Part shown: one piece after another, positions 50,490 to 59,619 of the stretch | How positions within the stretch are numbered: the stretch's first letter is position 1 | How the letters are laid out: the number at the start of each line of letters is the position of its first letter | Source of the DNA: a bacterium | GTDB taxonomy: Bacteria > Bacteroidota > Bacteroidia > UKL13-3 | Direction: 5' to 3' | Assembly (NCBI GenBank): GCA_034439755.1 | Contig: JAWXAZ010000121.1 | Span: forward strand, 8,412 to 72,411 | DNA: 64,000 nt | Notes under the pieces: model-generated | The model's input: the letters and a program-made list of their open reading frames with translations, nothing else | Told to the model about the DNA's origin: nothing | The model's database searches: none | Position numbers and translations under genes: made by a program

Positions 50490-51902
50490 CTAAGCCAAAC
50501 CCTCGGCTAGGGCGAGCAACTGCGAATCTTCATGCATCTTAGCCATAATTTGAACGCCAATTGGCATCCCATTTTCATCCTTTCCAAAAGGAATGCTTAG
50601 AGCCGGAACACCCGCAATATTTGCATGTACGGTAAATATATCAGCCAAATACATGGCCAATGGATTGTCAGATTTCTCGCCAATTTTAAACGCAGTTGTG
50701 GGCGAAGTAGGAGAAAGAATGAAATCAAACTCCTCAAATATTTTTGAGGTTTTCTCCTGAACCAAACGCCTTACTTTCTGTGCTTTGCTATAATACGCAT
50801 CATAATAACCAGCAGACAACACAAAGGTTCCTAACATAATTCTTCGTTTTACTTCTGGGCCAAAGCCTTCAGAACGCGATTTGCGCACTGTACTTTCTAA
50901 ATCTACCGCCTTTTCACTTCTAAACCCATAATGCATGCCTGCAAAACGAGATAAATTAGAAGAGGCTTCCGCCGTGGTTAACGTATAATAAACCGGAATT
51001 AAATATGGCAACAAATCAAAGCTTACTGGCTCCACTTGGTGACCAGCATCCTTCAATTTTTGTATATAAGCTTCCATAGCCAATTTAACCGCAGGCTCTA
51101 CCCCTTCGGTCTCCATGGTTTCTTTAATATAGGCAAATTTGTGCTTTTTATTTGTTTTTGGCAATCCAACAAATTGTCCAACTGGCCTTTCAGAAGCCGT
51201 AGCATCATGCTCATCTATACCAGCAATCACCTCCATCAACAATTGAATATCCTCAACGCTTTTTGCGATAGGCCCAATAATATCAAAAGAAGAAGCATAG
51301 GCAATTAAGCCCCAACGAGAAATTTTTCCATAGGTTGGTTTGAACCCATACAATCCACAAAAAGAGGCGGGCTGCCTGATACTTCCCCCCGTATCGCTTC
51401 CTAAACTGGCCAAACACATGTCTGCCTGAACTGAAACCGCCGCGCCACCAGAAGAACCACCCGCAACTCGCGTTGGATCAGCATGATTTAACACAGGCCC
51501 GTATGCCGAATTTTCATTAGATGCACCCATCGCAAATTCATCGCAATTTAGGCGACCAATGATAATGGCATCTTCGGCCAGCAAACGCTCAACCACAGTG
51601 CTCGAATATACAGAGATAAAGCCCTCTAAAATTTTAGATGAAGCAGATACTCGGTGATCCTTGTAACAAATATTGTCCTTTAAACCAATCACCATCCCTG
51701 CTAGTCGACCCGCTTTACCCGATTCCAATTTGGAATTAATAAGTTGTGCCCTTTCTTTTGCTTCATCTGTGTAAACCTCTAAAAAAGCATTTAGGTGTTT
51801 ATTCGACTCAATATTAGAAAGATAATAATCAACCAATTTTGGCAAAGAAATTTTGCCCAATTGTAAATCGGTTTGTATATTTGATAAGCTAGAATAGGTC
51901 AT
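50490..51902 (-). CDS. gatA: Glutamyl-tRNA(Gln)/aspartyl-tRNA(Asn) amidotransferase subunit A
   Basis: Amidase signature GGSSGGAAVSV…GSDTGGSIRQPASFCG. Confidence 0.9.
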   Translation of the reverse strand: MTYSSLSNIQTDLQLGKISLPKLVDYYLSNIESNKHLNAFLEVYTDEAKERAQLINSKLESGKAGRLAGMVIGLKDNICYKDHRVSASSKILEGFISVYSSTVVERLLAEDAIIIGRLNCDEFAMGASNENSAYGPVLNHADPTRVAGGSSGGAAVSVQADMCLASLGSDTGGSIRQPASFCGLYGFKPTYGKISRWGLIAYASSFDIIGPIAKSVEDIQLLMEVIAGIDEHDATASERPVGQFVGLPKTNKKHKFAYIKETMETEGVEPAVKLAMEAYIQKLKDAGHQVEPVSFDLLPYLIPVYYTLTTAEASSNLSRFAGMHYGFRSEKAVDLESTVRKSRSEGFGPEVKRRIMLGTFVLSAGYYDAYYSKAQKVRRLVQEKTSKIFEEFDFILSPTSPTTAFKIGEKSDNPLAMYLADIFTVHANIAGVPALSIPFGKDENGMPIGVQIMAKMHEDSQLLALAEGLA

Positions 51903-51920
51903 TTCAGAATAAGGCTTCTC

Positions 51921-52130
51921 TTATTTGGTTTCTTGGTCTTTGGTTTTCATGCCTTCTTCAATCTGGTCTTTCACGTTCTTTTTAGCGTCGTTGAATTCTC
52001 GCACACCCTGCCCAATGCCACGCATCAATTCAGGTATTTTTTTACCGCCAAATAAAAACACGATAGCCAATAAAATAATTAGCCACTCTCCACCACCTAG
52101 GTTTCCAATAAATAACAATGTAAAGTTCAT
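51921..52130 (-). CDS. tatA: Twin-arginine translocase subunit TatA/E
   Basis: Single TM followed by an amphipathic helix (GEWLIILLAIVFLFGGKKIPELMRGIGQGVREFN). Confidence 0.85.
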   Translation of the reverse strand: MNFTLLFIGNLGGGEWLIILLAIVFLFGGKKIPELMRGIGQGVREFNDAKKNVKDQIEEGMKTKDQETK

Positions 52131-52190
52131 TTTTTAATGAATTAATGTTGCGAAATTAGTATATTTTTTTAATTAATGGGGTTCAATGGT

Positions 52191-54245
52191 CTATTTAAGA
52201 TGCACACTCTTTTTTAATGCTTTCAACTCCTTGTCGTTTAGCTCTCTCCACTCACCACGCTTAAGCGCACCTTTTTCCATACCAGCATATAAAACCCTGT
52301 CCAACTTGTCTAATGTATAGCCTAGATGCTCAAACATTCTATGTATAATTCTGTTTTTTCCGCTGTGAATTTCAATTCCAACCACGTTTTTGTTCTTCGC
52401 ATCAGATTGAGCAATCGCATCTGGTTTAATAAAACCATCTTCCAACTCAACCCCGTTAGATAGCGTCCACAAATCTGCAGGCTTCATGTTCTTATTTAAA
52501 GTAGCCTTATAAACCTTTTTGATTTCATATTTAGGATGCATCAATCGCTGAGCCAACTCGCCATCATTGGTTAATAAAAGCACGCCAGTCGTGTTTCTAT
52601 CTAAGCGACCAATTGGGTAAACTCGCTCTCTCATTTTTCCTTCAAACATATCCATTACAGTATTTCTACCATCTGGATCATCTAAGGTGGTAATTGCATC
52701 TTTAGGCTTATTCATCACCAAATATACCTTTGCCTCAACGGCCAATTTTTCGCCATTAAAACGCACCACATCCCCAGCTTTAACCTTGGTTCCCAATTCG
52801 GTTGCAACCGCGCCATTTATGCTCACCAAACCTGCACCAATTAGTTCATCAGCTTCTCTTCTTGAACAAACGCCGGCATTAGAAATAAAACGGTTTAGTC
52901 TAACAGATTCGCCTACACTAAGCGCCTCCTCGGTAACTCTTTCTTTCGATTGTGATTTAGACTTAGAAATAAACTCCTTGTCCTTACCTAAATCAATTCT
53001 TTTGCCCCTAGATCCTGGCGTTTTGAACCTAAAATCATCGTCGCTATATTCTTTAACCTCACGCGGCTGAATGCCCTTAAGTTCCGATTTTTTAGTGAAT
53101 TTTCCTTTGCCCAAAGTGCCTTCAGAAAAATCCCTAGATTTCCTCGTTCTTGTTCCTGGCTTCCTTTCGTCAAACGCCGGCTTATCTAAAAAGCTAGGAG
53201 CCTCTTTTCTTTCTTTGTAAGTATCTGCAGATCCAAAAGCCTTTTTTTCCCTTTCGGCAAAGTCTTTTTTGTCTCCACGTTTTGCGCCTGGTCCAGTTCT
53301 TTTACCCGCCTCAAAATTATCTTCCTTATTGAATCTATCGCCGTCTCTCTTATATCCTTCGCCATCTCTCTTAAACCCATCCCCACTCGTTTTGCGGGCA
53401 TAAGGCCTGCTTTCGCCATCTCTCTTAAACCCCTCGCCGCTAGTTTTGCGGTCGTAAGGTCTGCTTTCGCCGTCTCTCTTAAAACCATCCCCACTCGTTT
53501 TGCGGGCGTAAGGCCTGCTTTCGCCATCACTCTTAAACCCATCGCCACTAGTTTTGCGGGCGTAAGGTCTGCTTTCGCCATCACTCTTAAAACCATCCCC
53601 ACTCGTTTTGCGGGCGTAAGGCCTGCTTTCGCCGTCTCTCTTAAACCCATCGCCACTCGTTTTGCGGGCGTAAGGCCTGCTTTCGCCATCTCTCTTAAAC
53701 CCATCCCCACTCGTTTTGCGGGCGTAAGGCCTGCTTTCGCCATCACTCTTAAACCCCTCGCCGCTAGTTCTGCGGGCGTAAGGCCTAGTTCCATCATTAT
53801 CCTTCTTGAAAAAGTCGCCACCACCCGTTTTGCGGGCGTAAGGTCTACTCTCTCCATCTCTCTTAAATCCGTTGCCACTCGTTTTACGGGCGTAAGGTTT
53901 GCTGCTATCGCCATCTTTCTTGAAGAAATCGCCACCACTCGTTTTGCGTGCGTAAGGCTTATCTCCCGTTTTGCGTGCATAAGGCCTGCTTTCGCCGTCT
54001 TTTTTAAACCCGTCGCCACTTGATTTGCGGGCATATGGCCTACTGCCATCACTATCCTTCTTGAAGAAATCGCCACCACTCGTTTTGCGTGCGTAAGGCT
54101 TATCTCCCGATTTGCGTGCATATGGCTTATCTCCCGATTTTCTTGGTCCTGCCGAAGATCCCCCTCTTGGTGAACTACTTTTCCTTGGTGCGCTCGAACT
54201 CGTTCTTGGCCTTGCCGACTTATTCCCTGACTGCTCTCTTTTCAT
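52191..54245 (-). CDS. rluB: RluB-like rRNA pseudouridine synthase. S4 domain plus RsuA/RluB catalytic domain, with a roughly 450-aa N-terminal low-complexity extension of about 20 tandem 19-aa repeats.
   Basis: S4 domain (RLNRFISNAGVCSRREADELIGAGLVSING). Catalytic motif (YPIGRLDRNTTGVLLLTNDG). N-terminal repeats SRPYARKTSGDGFKRDGE repeated about 20 times. Confidence 0.8.
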   Translation of the reverse strand: MKREQSGNKSARPRTSSSAPRKSSSPRGGSSAGPRKSGDKPYARKSGDKPYARKTSGGDFFKKDSDGSRPYARKSSGDGFKKDGESRPYARKTGDKPYARKTSGGDFFKKDGDSSKPYARKTSGNGFKRDGESRPYARKTGGGDFFKKDNDGTRPYARRTSGEGFKSDGESRPYARKTSGDGFKRDGESRPYARKTSGDGFKRDGESRPYARKTSGDGFKSDGESRPYARKTSGDGFKSDGESRPYARKTSGDGFKRDGESRPYDRKTSGEGFKRDGESRPYARKTSGDGFKRDGEGYKRDGDRFNKEDNFEAGKRTGPGAKRGDKKDFAEREKKAFGSADTYKERKEAPSFLDKPAFDERKPGTRTRKSRDFSEGTLGKGKFTKKSELKGIQPREVKEYSDDDFRFKTPGSRGKRIDLGKDKEFISKSKSQSKERVTEEALSVGESVRLNRFISNAGVCSRREADELIGAGLVSINGAVATELGTKVKAGDVVRFNGEKLAVEAKVYLVMNKPKDAITTLDDPDGRNTVMDMFEGKMRERVYPIGRLDRNTTGVLLLTNDGELAQRLMHPKYEIKKVYKATLNKNMKPADLWTLSNGVELEDGFIKPDAIAQSDAKNKNVVGIEIHSGKNRIIHRMFEHLGYTLDKLDRVLYAGMEKGALKRGEWRELNDKELKALKKSVHLK
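53300..54140 (-). repeat. About 20 tandem 57-bp repeats inside the rluB-like N-terminal coding region
   Basis: The unit GGCCTGCTTTCGCCATCTCTCTTAAACCCATCCCCACTCGTTTTGCGGGCGTAA is reiterated nearly identically on the plus-strand text. Spurious alternate-frame ORFs arise from it, such as 53186..54121. Confidence 0.85.
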
Positions 54246-54946
54246 CTAATCTAATTTGTTTTTCTTGGCCCTTCAAATCGCTCCATTTTGTGCACTCACA
54301 ACCATGTTTGGGTCAACCAGAGCGGGCTAATGTTAATAATAGCCTGCAAAGATAGCTATAATTTAAGGATTTATCCTATTTATCCACAAAAAGAAACCGA
54401 CTCTTTTGGGGATAATCCTTCATGGGCAGGTTCCTAAAAATTTTACTCGTAACAAAACGACATGTCATTATGGAAACAAAACCTCAAAAAGACAAAATAC
54501 ACTTTATAAATACGGTGATGGTGTTTTGTGTTTATGCATTAAATTATGCCATATTAAGAACGCTAAACCCAAATTCAGCATTAAAAAATGCTGAATCGAA
54601 TAAATCAAATCATTCGGTTTTTCAAGCCTCCTATTGATTAATTTGGGCTAAACCGACAAAAACATTTGATCGAAATTGGTCTGAATATTAAGTGTAAGTT
54701 GTTGTATATTTAGCTATTAAAACTCACAAACGAGTAATCACCCTCACAAAACTAAGATTGCAATTGTTTCGGACCCAAATGGATAATTTGGTGACTATCT
54801 TGCTCTTTTCCAATTTAACCGAGAAAACTAGAAAATGCCTTTTTGATAAAATCTTATCTGTGGGGCGCTTTAAAGCTACGGGCCTTTTTCTTTCATTAAT
54901 TATAGTTGTCAATCCTTATAAACCACAAAGCGATTACTTATCGATT

Positions 54947-55856
54947 GATGCGCTGCCGCATCATTGCATTAAACCCAAAAAAAAGCTTTGCGTTAGATTG
55001 CTGCGCTGCCGCACCATTGCATCAAACCGAAAAAAGCTTTGCGTTAGATTGCTGCGCTGCCGCATCATTGGTTCAAACCGAAAAAAGCTTTGCGTTAGAT
55101 TGCTGCGCTGCCGCGCCATTGCATTAAACCCAAAAAAAGCTTTGCGTTAGATTGTTGCGCTGCCGCACCATTGGTTGAAACCGAAAAAAGCTTTGCGTTA
55201 GATTGTTGCGCTGCCGCATCATTGCATTAAACCAAAAAAAAGCTTTGCGTTAGATTGCTGCGCTGCCGCACCATTGGTTCAAACCGAAAAAATCTTTGCG
55301 TTAGATTGATGCGCTGCCGCACCATTGCATTAAACCCGAAAAAAAACTTTGCGTTAGATTGATGCGCTGCCGCGCCATTGGTTCAAACCGAAAAAAGCTT
55401 TGCGTTAGATTGCTGCGCTGCCGCACCATTGGTTCAAACCGAAAAAATCTTTGCGTTAGATTGTTGCGCTGCCGCGCCATTGGTTCAAACCGAAAAAATC
55501 TTTGCGTTAGATTGCTGCGCTGCCGCACCATTGGTTCAAACCGAAAAAAGCTTTGCGTTAGATTGTTGCGCTGCCGCATCATTGGTTCAAACCGAAAAAA
55601 GCTTTGCGTTAGATTGTTTCGCTGCCGCACCATTGCATTAAACGCGAAAAAAGTTTTGCGTTAGATTGCTGCGCTGCCGCATCATTGGTTCAAACCGAAA
55701 AAAGCTTTGCGTTAGATTGTTGCGCTGCCACTTCATTGCATTAAACCCAAAAAAAGCTTTGCGTTAGATTGCTGCGCGGCCGCACCATTGCATCAAACCG
55801 AAAAAAGCTTTGCGTTAGATTGCTGCGCTGCCGCGCCATTGGTTGAAACCGAAAAA
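54947..55856. repeat. Non-coding tandem array of 18 copies of a 51-52 bp unit. Two sub-variant cores occur, …CATTGCATTAAACCC… and …CATTGGTTCAAACCG…, embedded in the constant GCTGCGCTGCCGC…AAAAAAGCTTTGCGTTAGATT.
   Basis: Counted directly. Unit starts are 51-52 bp apart from 54947 to 55856. The length variation comes from the poly-A tract. No unique spacers. Every frame is open, and the four track ORFs across it are artefacts. Confidence 0.9.
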
Positions 55857-55869
55857 GAAAATTCTAAGA

Positions 55870-56035
55870 GCCTTAAGAGTTTGCTATAAAATTATTTATA
55901 CAGATATAACAAAACAACGGCTCTATTTCGAGACATATCTCATTGTGCTTTTATTTTGTTATACCTGCATTTACCCTAATAAATTTGTCAAATTGCCACG
56001 GGCTTTTTGATAATTGCAATTGGCATTATTTTTTT
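55870..56035. repeat. Conserved intergenic element, family B, copy 2 (contains ATAATTGCAATTGGCATTA)
   Basis: About 75-80% identical over about 115 bp to 34990-35105. Here it lies immediately 3' of the lipoprotein gene stop. Confidence 0.6.
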
Positions 56036-56826
56036 CTTGAGAACGTTTTGGTGCGGCCGTTAACGGAAACGGTTACTAAGCCATTGCAGGCTCCATTGCC
56101 AAAATCAATTTTGCGTAAATTTTTGCCTTCTGGTGTTACTTCAATAACGCCACTTACGATGCGCCAATCACAGGCTAATTCTACGCGGAGTTTGGTGGTA
56201 ATTTGTGCCGCATAATTTATGCCATTGCGGTTGGTTCCGCTTGTTGTACCTGTAATTTCGTAAACATCGTCTAGGGCTGTAAGGGTGTTCTGGCCAGCTA
56301 CCCAAGTACGGGTTCTATTGCTATTCCAACTATGCGATTGTAAGGATGGGTTGGTAATTTTTCCATTTACCACTATGGTATAGCTAAGCTCGCCAAGTGC
56401 ATTGGGTCCGTTATTGGTAATTGATTTGGTGCCTTCCACTAGGTTGTTGTTTTGATAAAATCCATCGAAACCAACCTGTATTGCCGTGCCTGCATCTCTG
56501 TATCTGCCTGTCCAGCTAACTAAGATAAGCCCGCGGCGGTAGTTGCCATCTAAACACAGATAATTGCTTGTGCCATAGTTGATGCGCATGGTTTTGGGAT
56601 TGGCAAAGGTATCTTTGGTAATAATGGGATAAGCTCCTTTTTTTAAGCCTTCATCACCGGCGGCTTGATCTACCTGTTTAAAAATTTGATCGTAAACCAA
56701 CTCCCCCTCACTTTGGTCTTCGGCAGATGTAATATCGGTATCAAGTTCTTTGTTCTTTTTGCAACTTGAAAACAAAAGGGTACTAAATAGACATAGCGTC
56801 AATACCCAAATTATTGTTTTTTTCAT
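56026..56826 (-). CDS. Hypothetical lipoprotein
   Basis: Signal peptide with a lipobox-like sequence (LLFSSCKKNKE). No catalytic motif recognised. Confidence 0.5.
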   Translation of the reverse strand: MKKTIIWVLTLCLFSTLLFSSCKKNKELDTDITSAEDQSEGELVYDQIFKQVDQAAGDEGLKKGAYPIITKDTFANPKTMRINYGTSNYLCLDGNYRRGLILVSWTGRYRDAGTAIQVGFDGFYQNNNLVEGTKSITNNGPNALGELSYTIVVNGKITNPSLQSHSWNSNRTRTWVAGQNTLTALDDVYEITGTTSGTNRNGINYAAQITTKLRVELACDWRIVSGVIEVTPEGKNLRKIDFGNGACNGLVTVSVNGRTKTFSRKK

Positions 56827-56925
56827 GTGTTAAAATTTTGTTTTGTGAATCTAAGACCGAAAATAAGGTATAAGGTTTAAGGGGCAAGTTTATTTTTTGA
56901 GGATTAACTTTCTTATGTTTGACCA

Positions 56926-58281
56926 ATGAAGGCAAAAAGATTACTTATAGCAACACTTTCGTTTTTGGGATTATTTTCGGTTTTATACTTTCTGAACCAA
57001 AATCATTCTATAGAATTACCTGCTCCTATTTTACAAATTCTGCGCTGGGTCGCACTAGGCTTAGCGGTATGGTTTGCGATAGAAAAGCGGCATTTAACGG
57101 CGTGGATTTTGGTTGCCATGTTTATTGGGATTGCTTTAGGAAGCGACTTCCCCGAAATAAGCAAACCCCTGAAAGTTTTAAGTGATATTTTCCTGCGATT
57201 AATCAAGACAATCATTGCTCCTTTAATTTTTAGCACCCTGGTGGTGGGTATTGCTGGTCACTCCAACATTAGACAAGTTGGAAGAATGGGTTTAAAATCC
57301 ATCATATATTTTGAAGTAGTGACCACTGTCGCACTCGTAATAGGACTTTTTGCTATCAACCTTTCGCAGGCTGGAGTAGGATCAAAACTAGAGGCTCAAA
57401 GTTCCCAAATTGAGAAAGCCAATAGTTTGCTTTCGCAAAAGCAAAGTCATGATGTAATTCTCGACATTTTCCCAGAAAACATTGCCAAGGCTGTTGCCGA
57501 GAACCAAATACTTCAAATTGTGCTATTTAGTATTCTTTTTGGAATTGGTTTGGCCATGGTAAAAAACGAGGAGAAAAAGGCAGCAATTCTTTTGTTTTCA
57601 GAGGGATTAAGTGAGGTAATGTTTAAGTTTACCCATATAGTAATGTTATTTGCGCCTTTGGCAGTTGGGGGTGCAATGGCGTATTCAGTTGCCAGTTTAG
57701 GAATGGGTGTTTTAGGCAATTTACTTAAACTGGTACTCACTTTATATGGGGCATTATTTGCATTTGTCGCACTGGTGCTGGTGCCAATAGGGCTGATGGT
57801 TAAGCTGCCTTTTAAGAAGTTTATTGATGCCATTTCGGAACCAGTGTCTATTGCCTTTGCTACGGCAAGTTCTGAGGCCGCTCTTCCTAAGGCCATGGAA
57901 AAGTTAGAGCAAATGGGCATTCCAAGAAAAGTGGTGGCCTTTGTTTTGCCCACAGGTTACAGTTTTAATTTGGATGGAACCACCTTGTACTTGTCTCTCG
58001 CCTCAGTTTTCATTGCACAGGCATCTGGATTTGACCTCACCATTGGCGAACAAATTCAAATGTGTTTAATTTTAATGTTAACCAGTAAAGGTGTTGCTGG
58101 GGTGAGGGGGGCTTCCTTTTTAATTTTGGTAAGCACGGTTTCCTCTTTGGGCCTCGACCCTACCAAAGCCTTTGCGATATTGGCTGTTGATGCCTTGATG
58201 GACATGGGCAGAACATCGATTAATGTAATTGGAAATTGTTTGGCAACGTATGTAATTGCCAAATGGGAGGGTGAGGTTTAA
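56926..58281 (+). CDS. Dicarboxylate/amino-acid:cation symporter (DAACS, GltP/DctA-like)
   Basis: DAACS-type TM/hairpin layout with conserved stretches (…AFVLPTGYSFNLDGT…; …MDMGRTSINVIGNC…). Confidence 0.75.
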   Translation: MKAKRLLIATLSFLGLFSVLYFLNQNHSIELPAPILQILRWVALGLAVWFAIEKRHLTAWILVAMFIGIALGSDFPEISKPLKVLSDIFLRLIKTIIAPLIFSTLVVGIAGHSNIRQVGRMGLKSIIYFEVVTTVALVIGLFAINLSQAGVGSKLEAQSSQIEKANSLLSQKQSHDVILDIFPENIAKAVAENQILQIVLFSILFGIGLAMVKNEEKKAAILLFSEGLSEVMFKFTHIVMLFAPLAVGGAMAYSVASLGMGVLGNLLKLVLTLYGALFAFVALVLVPIGLMVKLPFKKFIDAISEPVSIAFATASSEAALPKAMEKLEQMGIPRKVVAFVLPTGYSFNLDGTTLYLSLASVFIAQASGFDLTIGEQIQMCLILMLTSKGVAGVRGASFLILVSTVSSLGLDPTKAFAILAVDALMDMGRTSINVIGNCLATYVIAKWEGEV

Positions 58282-58380
58282 GGCATACAATTCACAATAT
58301 ATTCTGCATAGTTGTGATTAGGGCGTATGCAATGAGCGCTTTAGCTTGACTATTTTTGTGGGTAATAAAACACCCATCCT

Positions 58381-59619
58381 TTGATTAATTACAACCAATT
58401 TAAACTGGATAATGGGCTTACTGTTATCCATCATTTTGATGATTCTACGCAGTTATGTGCGCTGAATATCCTTTATAACGTAGGCTCCAGAGACGAAGAT
58501 CCATCCAAAACGGGATTTGCACACTTGTTTGAACACCTCATGTTTGGGGCTTCAACGCATGTAAAAGAGTTCGATGTTGAATTGCAAATAGCTGGCGGAG
58601 AAAGCAATGCTTTTACGAGCAACGACATAACCAACTATTATGTAACGTTGCCAGCAAACAATATTGAAACCGGATTTTGGTTGGAGAGCAGCCGCATGCT
58701 TAGCTTAGATTTTAACCAAAAAAGTCTGAATGTTCAGAAAAATGTGGTGATAGAGGAGTTTAAGGAGCGCTATCTCAATCAGCCTTACGGCGATGTTTGG
58801 TTGCATGTTCTTCCTTTAGCATATCAAAAGCACCCTTACAACTGGCCTACTATTGGAAAAGAAATAGCTCATATTGAGCAGGTTAACTTGGATCAGGTTA
58901 AAGATTTTTTCTTTAACTACTACGCTCCAAATAATGCGATATTGGTTCTTGCGGGCAAGATTAGTTTGGAAGAAACGAAGCGACTTTCAGAAAAGTGGTT
59001 CGGGCCAATTGAAAGAAGAGGGACACAAAGAAATCCATACGAGCAAGAGCCGGTTCAGACCGAAGCTAGAAGCAAACACATATACAACGATGTGCCTTTA
59101 GATTTGTTGGTTAAAGCCTACCACATGGGGGGCAGATTAGACGCTGATTATTATTCGTGCGATTTGCTTTCTGATATTTTGGGGTCTGGGAAATCTGCGC
59201 GATTTTATAATCGCTTGGTAAAAGAGCGACATTTGTTTAGTGAACTCGATACTTATATTAGTGGTGATGCCGATCCTGGCTTGTTTTTAATTGAGGGAAA
59301 ACTGATGAAGGGTGTCAGTTTTGAAGTGGCAGAACTGGCCATTTTAGAGGAGTTAGAATTTTTAAAAAACAATCCAATTGATCCAAATGAATTGACCAAG
59401 GTTTTGAATAAAACTGAAACCAATATTCGCTTTGGGGATTTGAGCCTTTTGAATAGGGCTATGAAGCTGGCTTTTGCAGAGTTTCTAGGCGATTTAAGCC
59501 TCGCAAACACCGAAATTGACCACTATCTAAGCGTAACAACAGATTCGCTCTTAGAGGTTTCAAAATCGATGTTCGTTGAGAGCAATTGTTCCACTTTATA
59601 TTATCACGCCAAAATATGA
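58381..59619 (+). CDS. M16-family zinc peptidase (pitrilysin/insulinase-like), active subunit
   Basis: Inverted zinc motif HxxEH (HLFEHLMFGAS) and downstream E (…NAFTSND…). Confidence 0.85.
   Translation: MINYNQFKLDNGLTVIHHFDDSTQLCALNILYNVGSRDEDPSKTGFAHLFEHLMFGASTHVKEFDVELQIAGGESNAFTSNDITNYYVTLPANNIETGFWLESSRMLSLDFNQKSLNVQKNVVIEEFKERYLNQPYGDVWLHVLPLAYQKHPYNWPTIGKEIAHIEQVNLDQVKDFFFNYYAPNNAILVLAGKISLEETKRLSEKWFGPIERRGTQRNPYEQEPVQTEARSKHIYNDVPLDLLVKAYHMGGRLDADYYSCDLLSDILGSGKSARFYNRLVKERHLFSELDTYISGDADPGLFLIEGKLMKGVSFEVAELAILEELEFLKNNPIDPNELTKVLNKTETNIRFGDLSLLNRAMKLAFAEFLGDLSLANTEIDHYLSVTTDSLLEVSKSMFVESNCSTLYYHAKI

Noticed and set aside
53186-54121. 311-aa minus-strand ORF inside the rluB-like gene
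   Set aside because: It is an alternate frame of the 57-bp coding repeats (AKAGLTPAKRV… reiterations). The rluB frame carries the genuine S4 and pseudouridine-synthase domains.
54758-55664. Track ORFs 54758..55150, 54906..55127, 55301..55633, 55359..55664 and 55378..55641 across the 51-bp array
   Set aside because: These are artefacts of a stop-poor tandem repeat. Unit length varies between 51 and 52 bp, so no frame is maintained. Mutually overlapping ORFs sit on both strands.
54947-55856. CRISPR array interpretation of the 51-bp repeats
   Set aside because: There are no unique spacers. The whole unit repeats with only two alternating core variants, and no cas genes are nearby.
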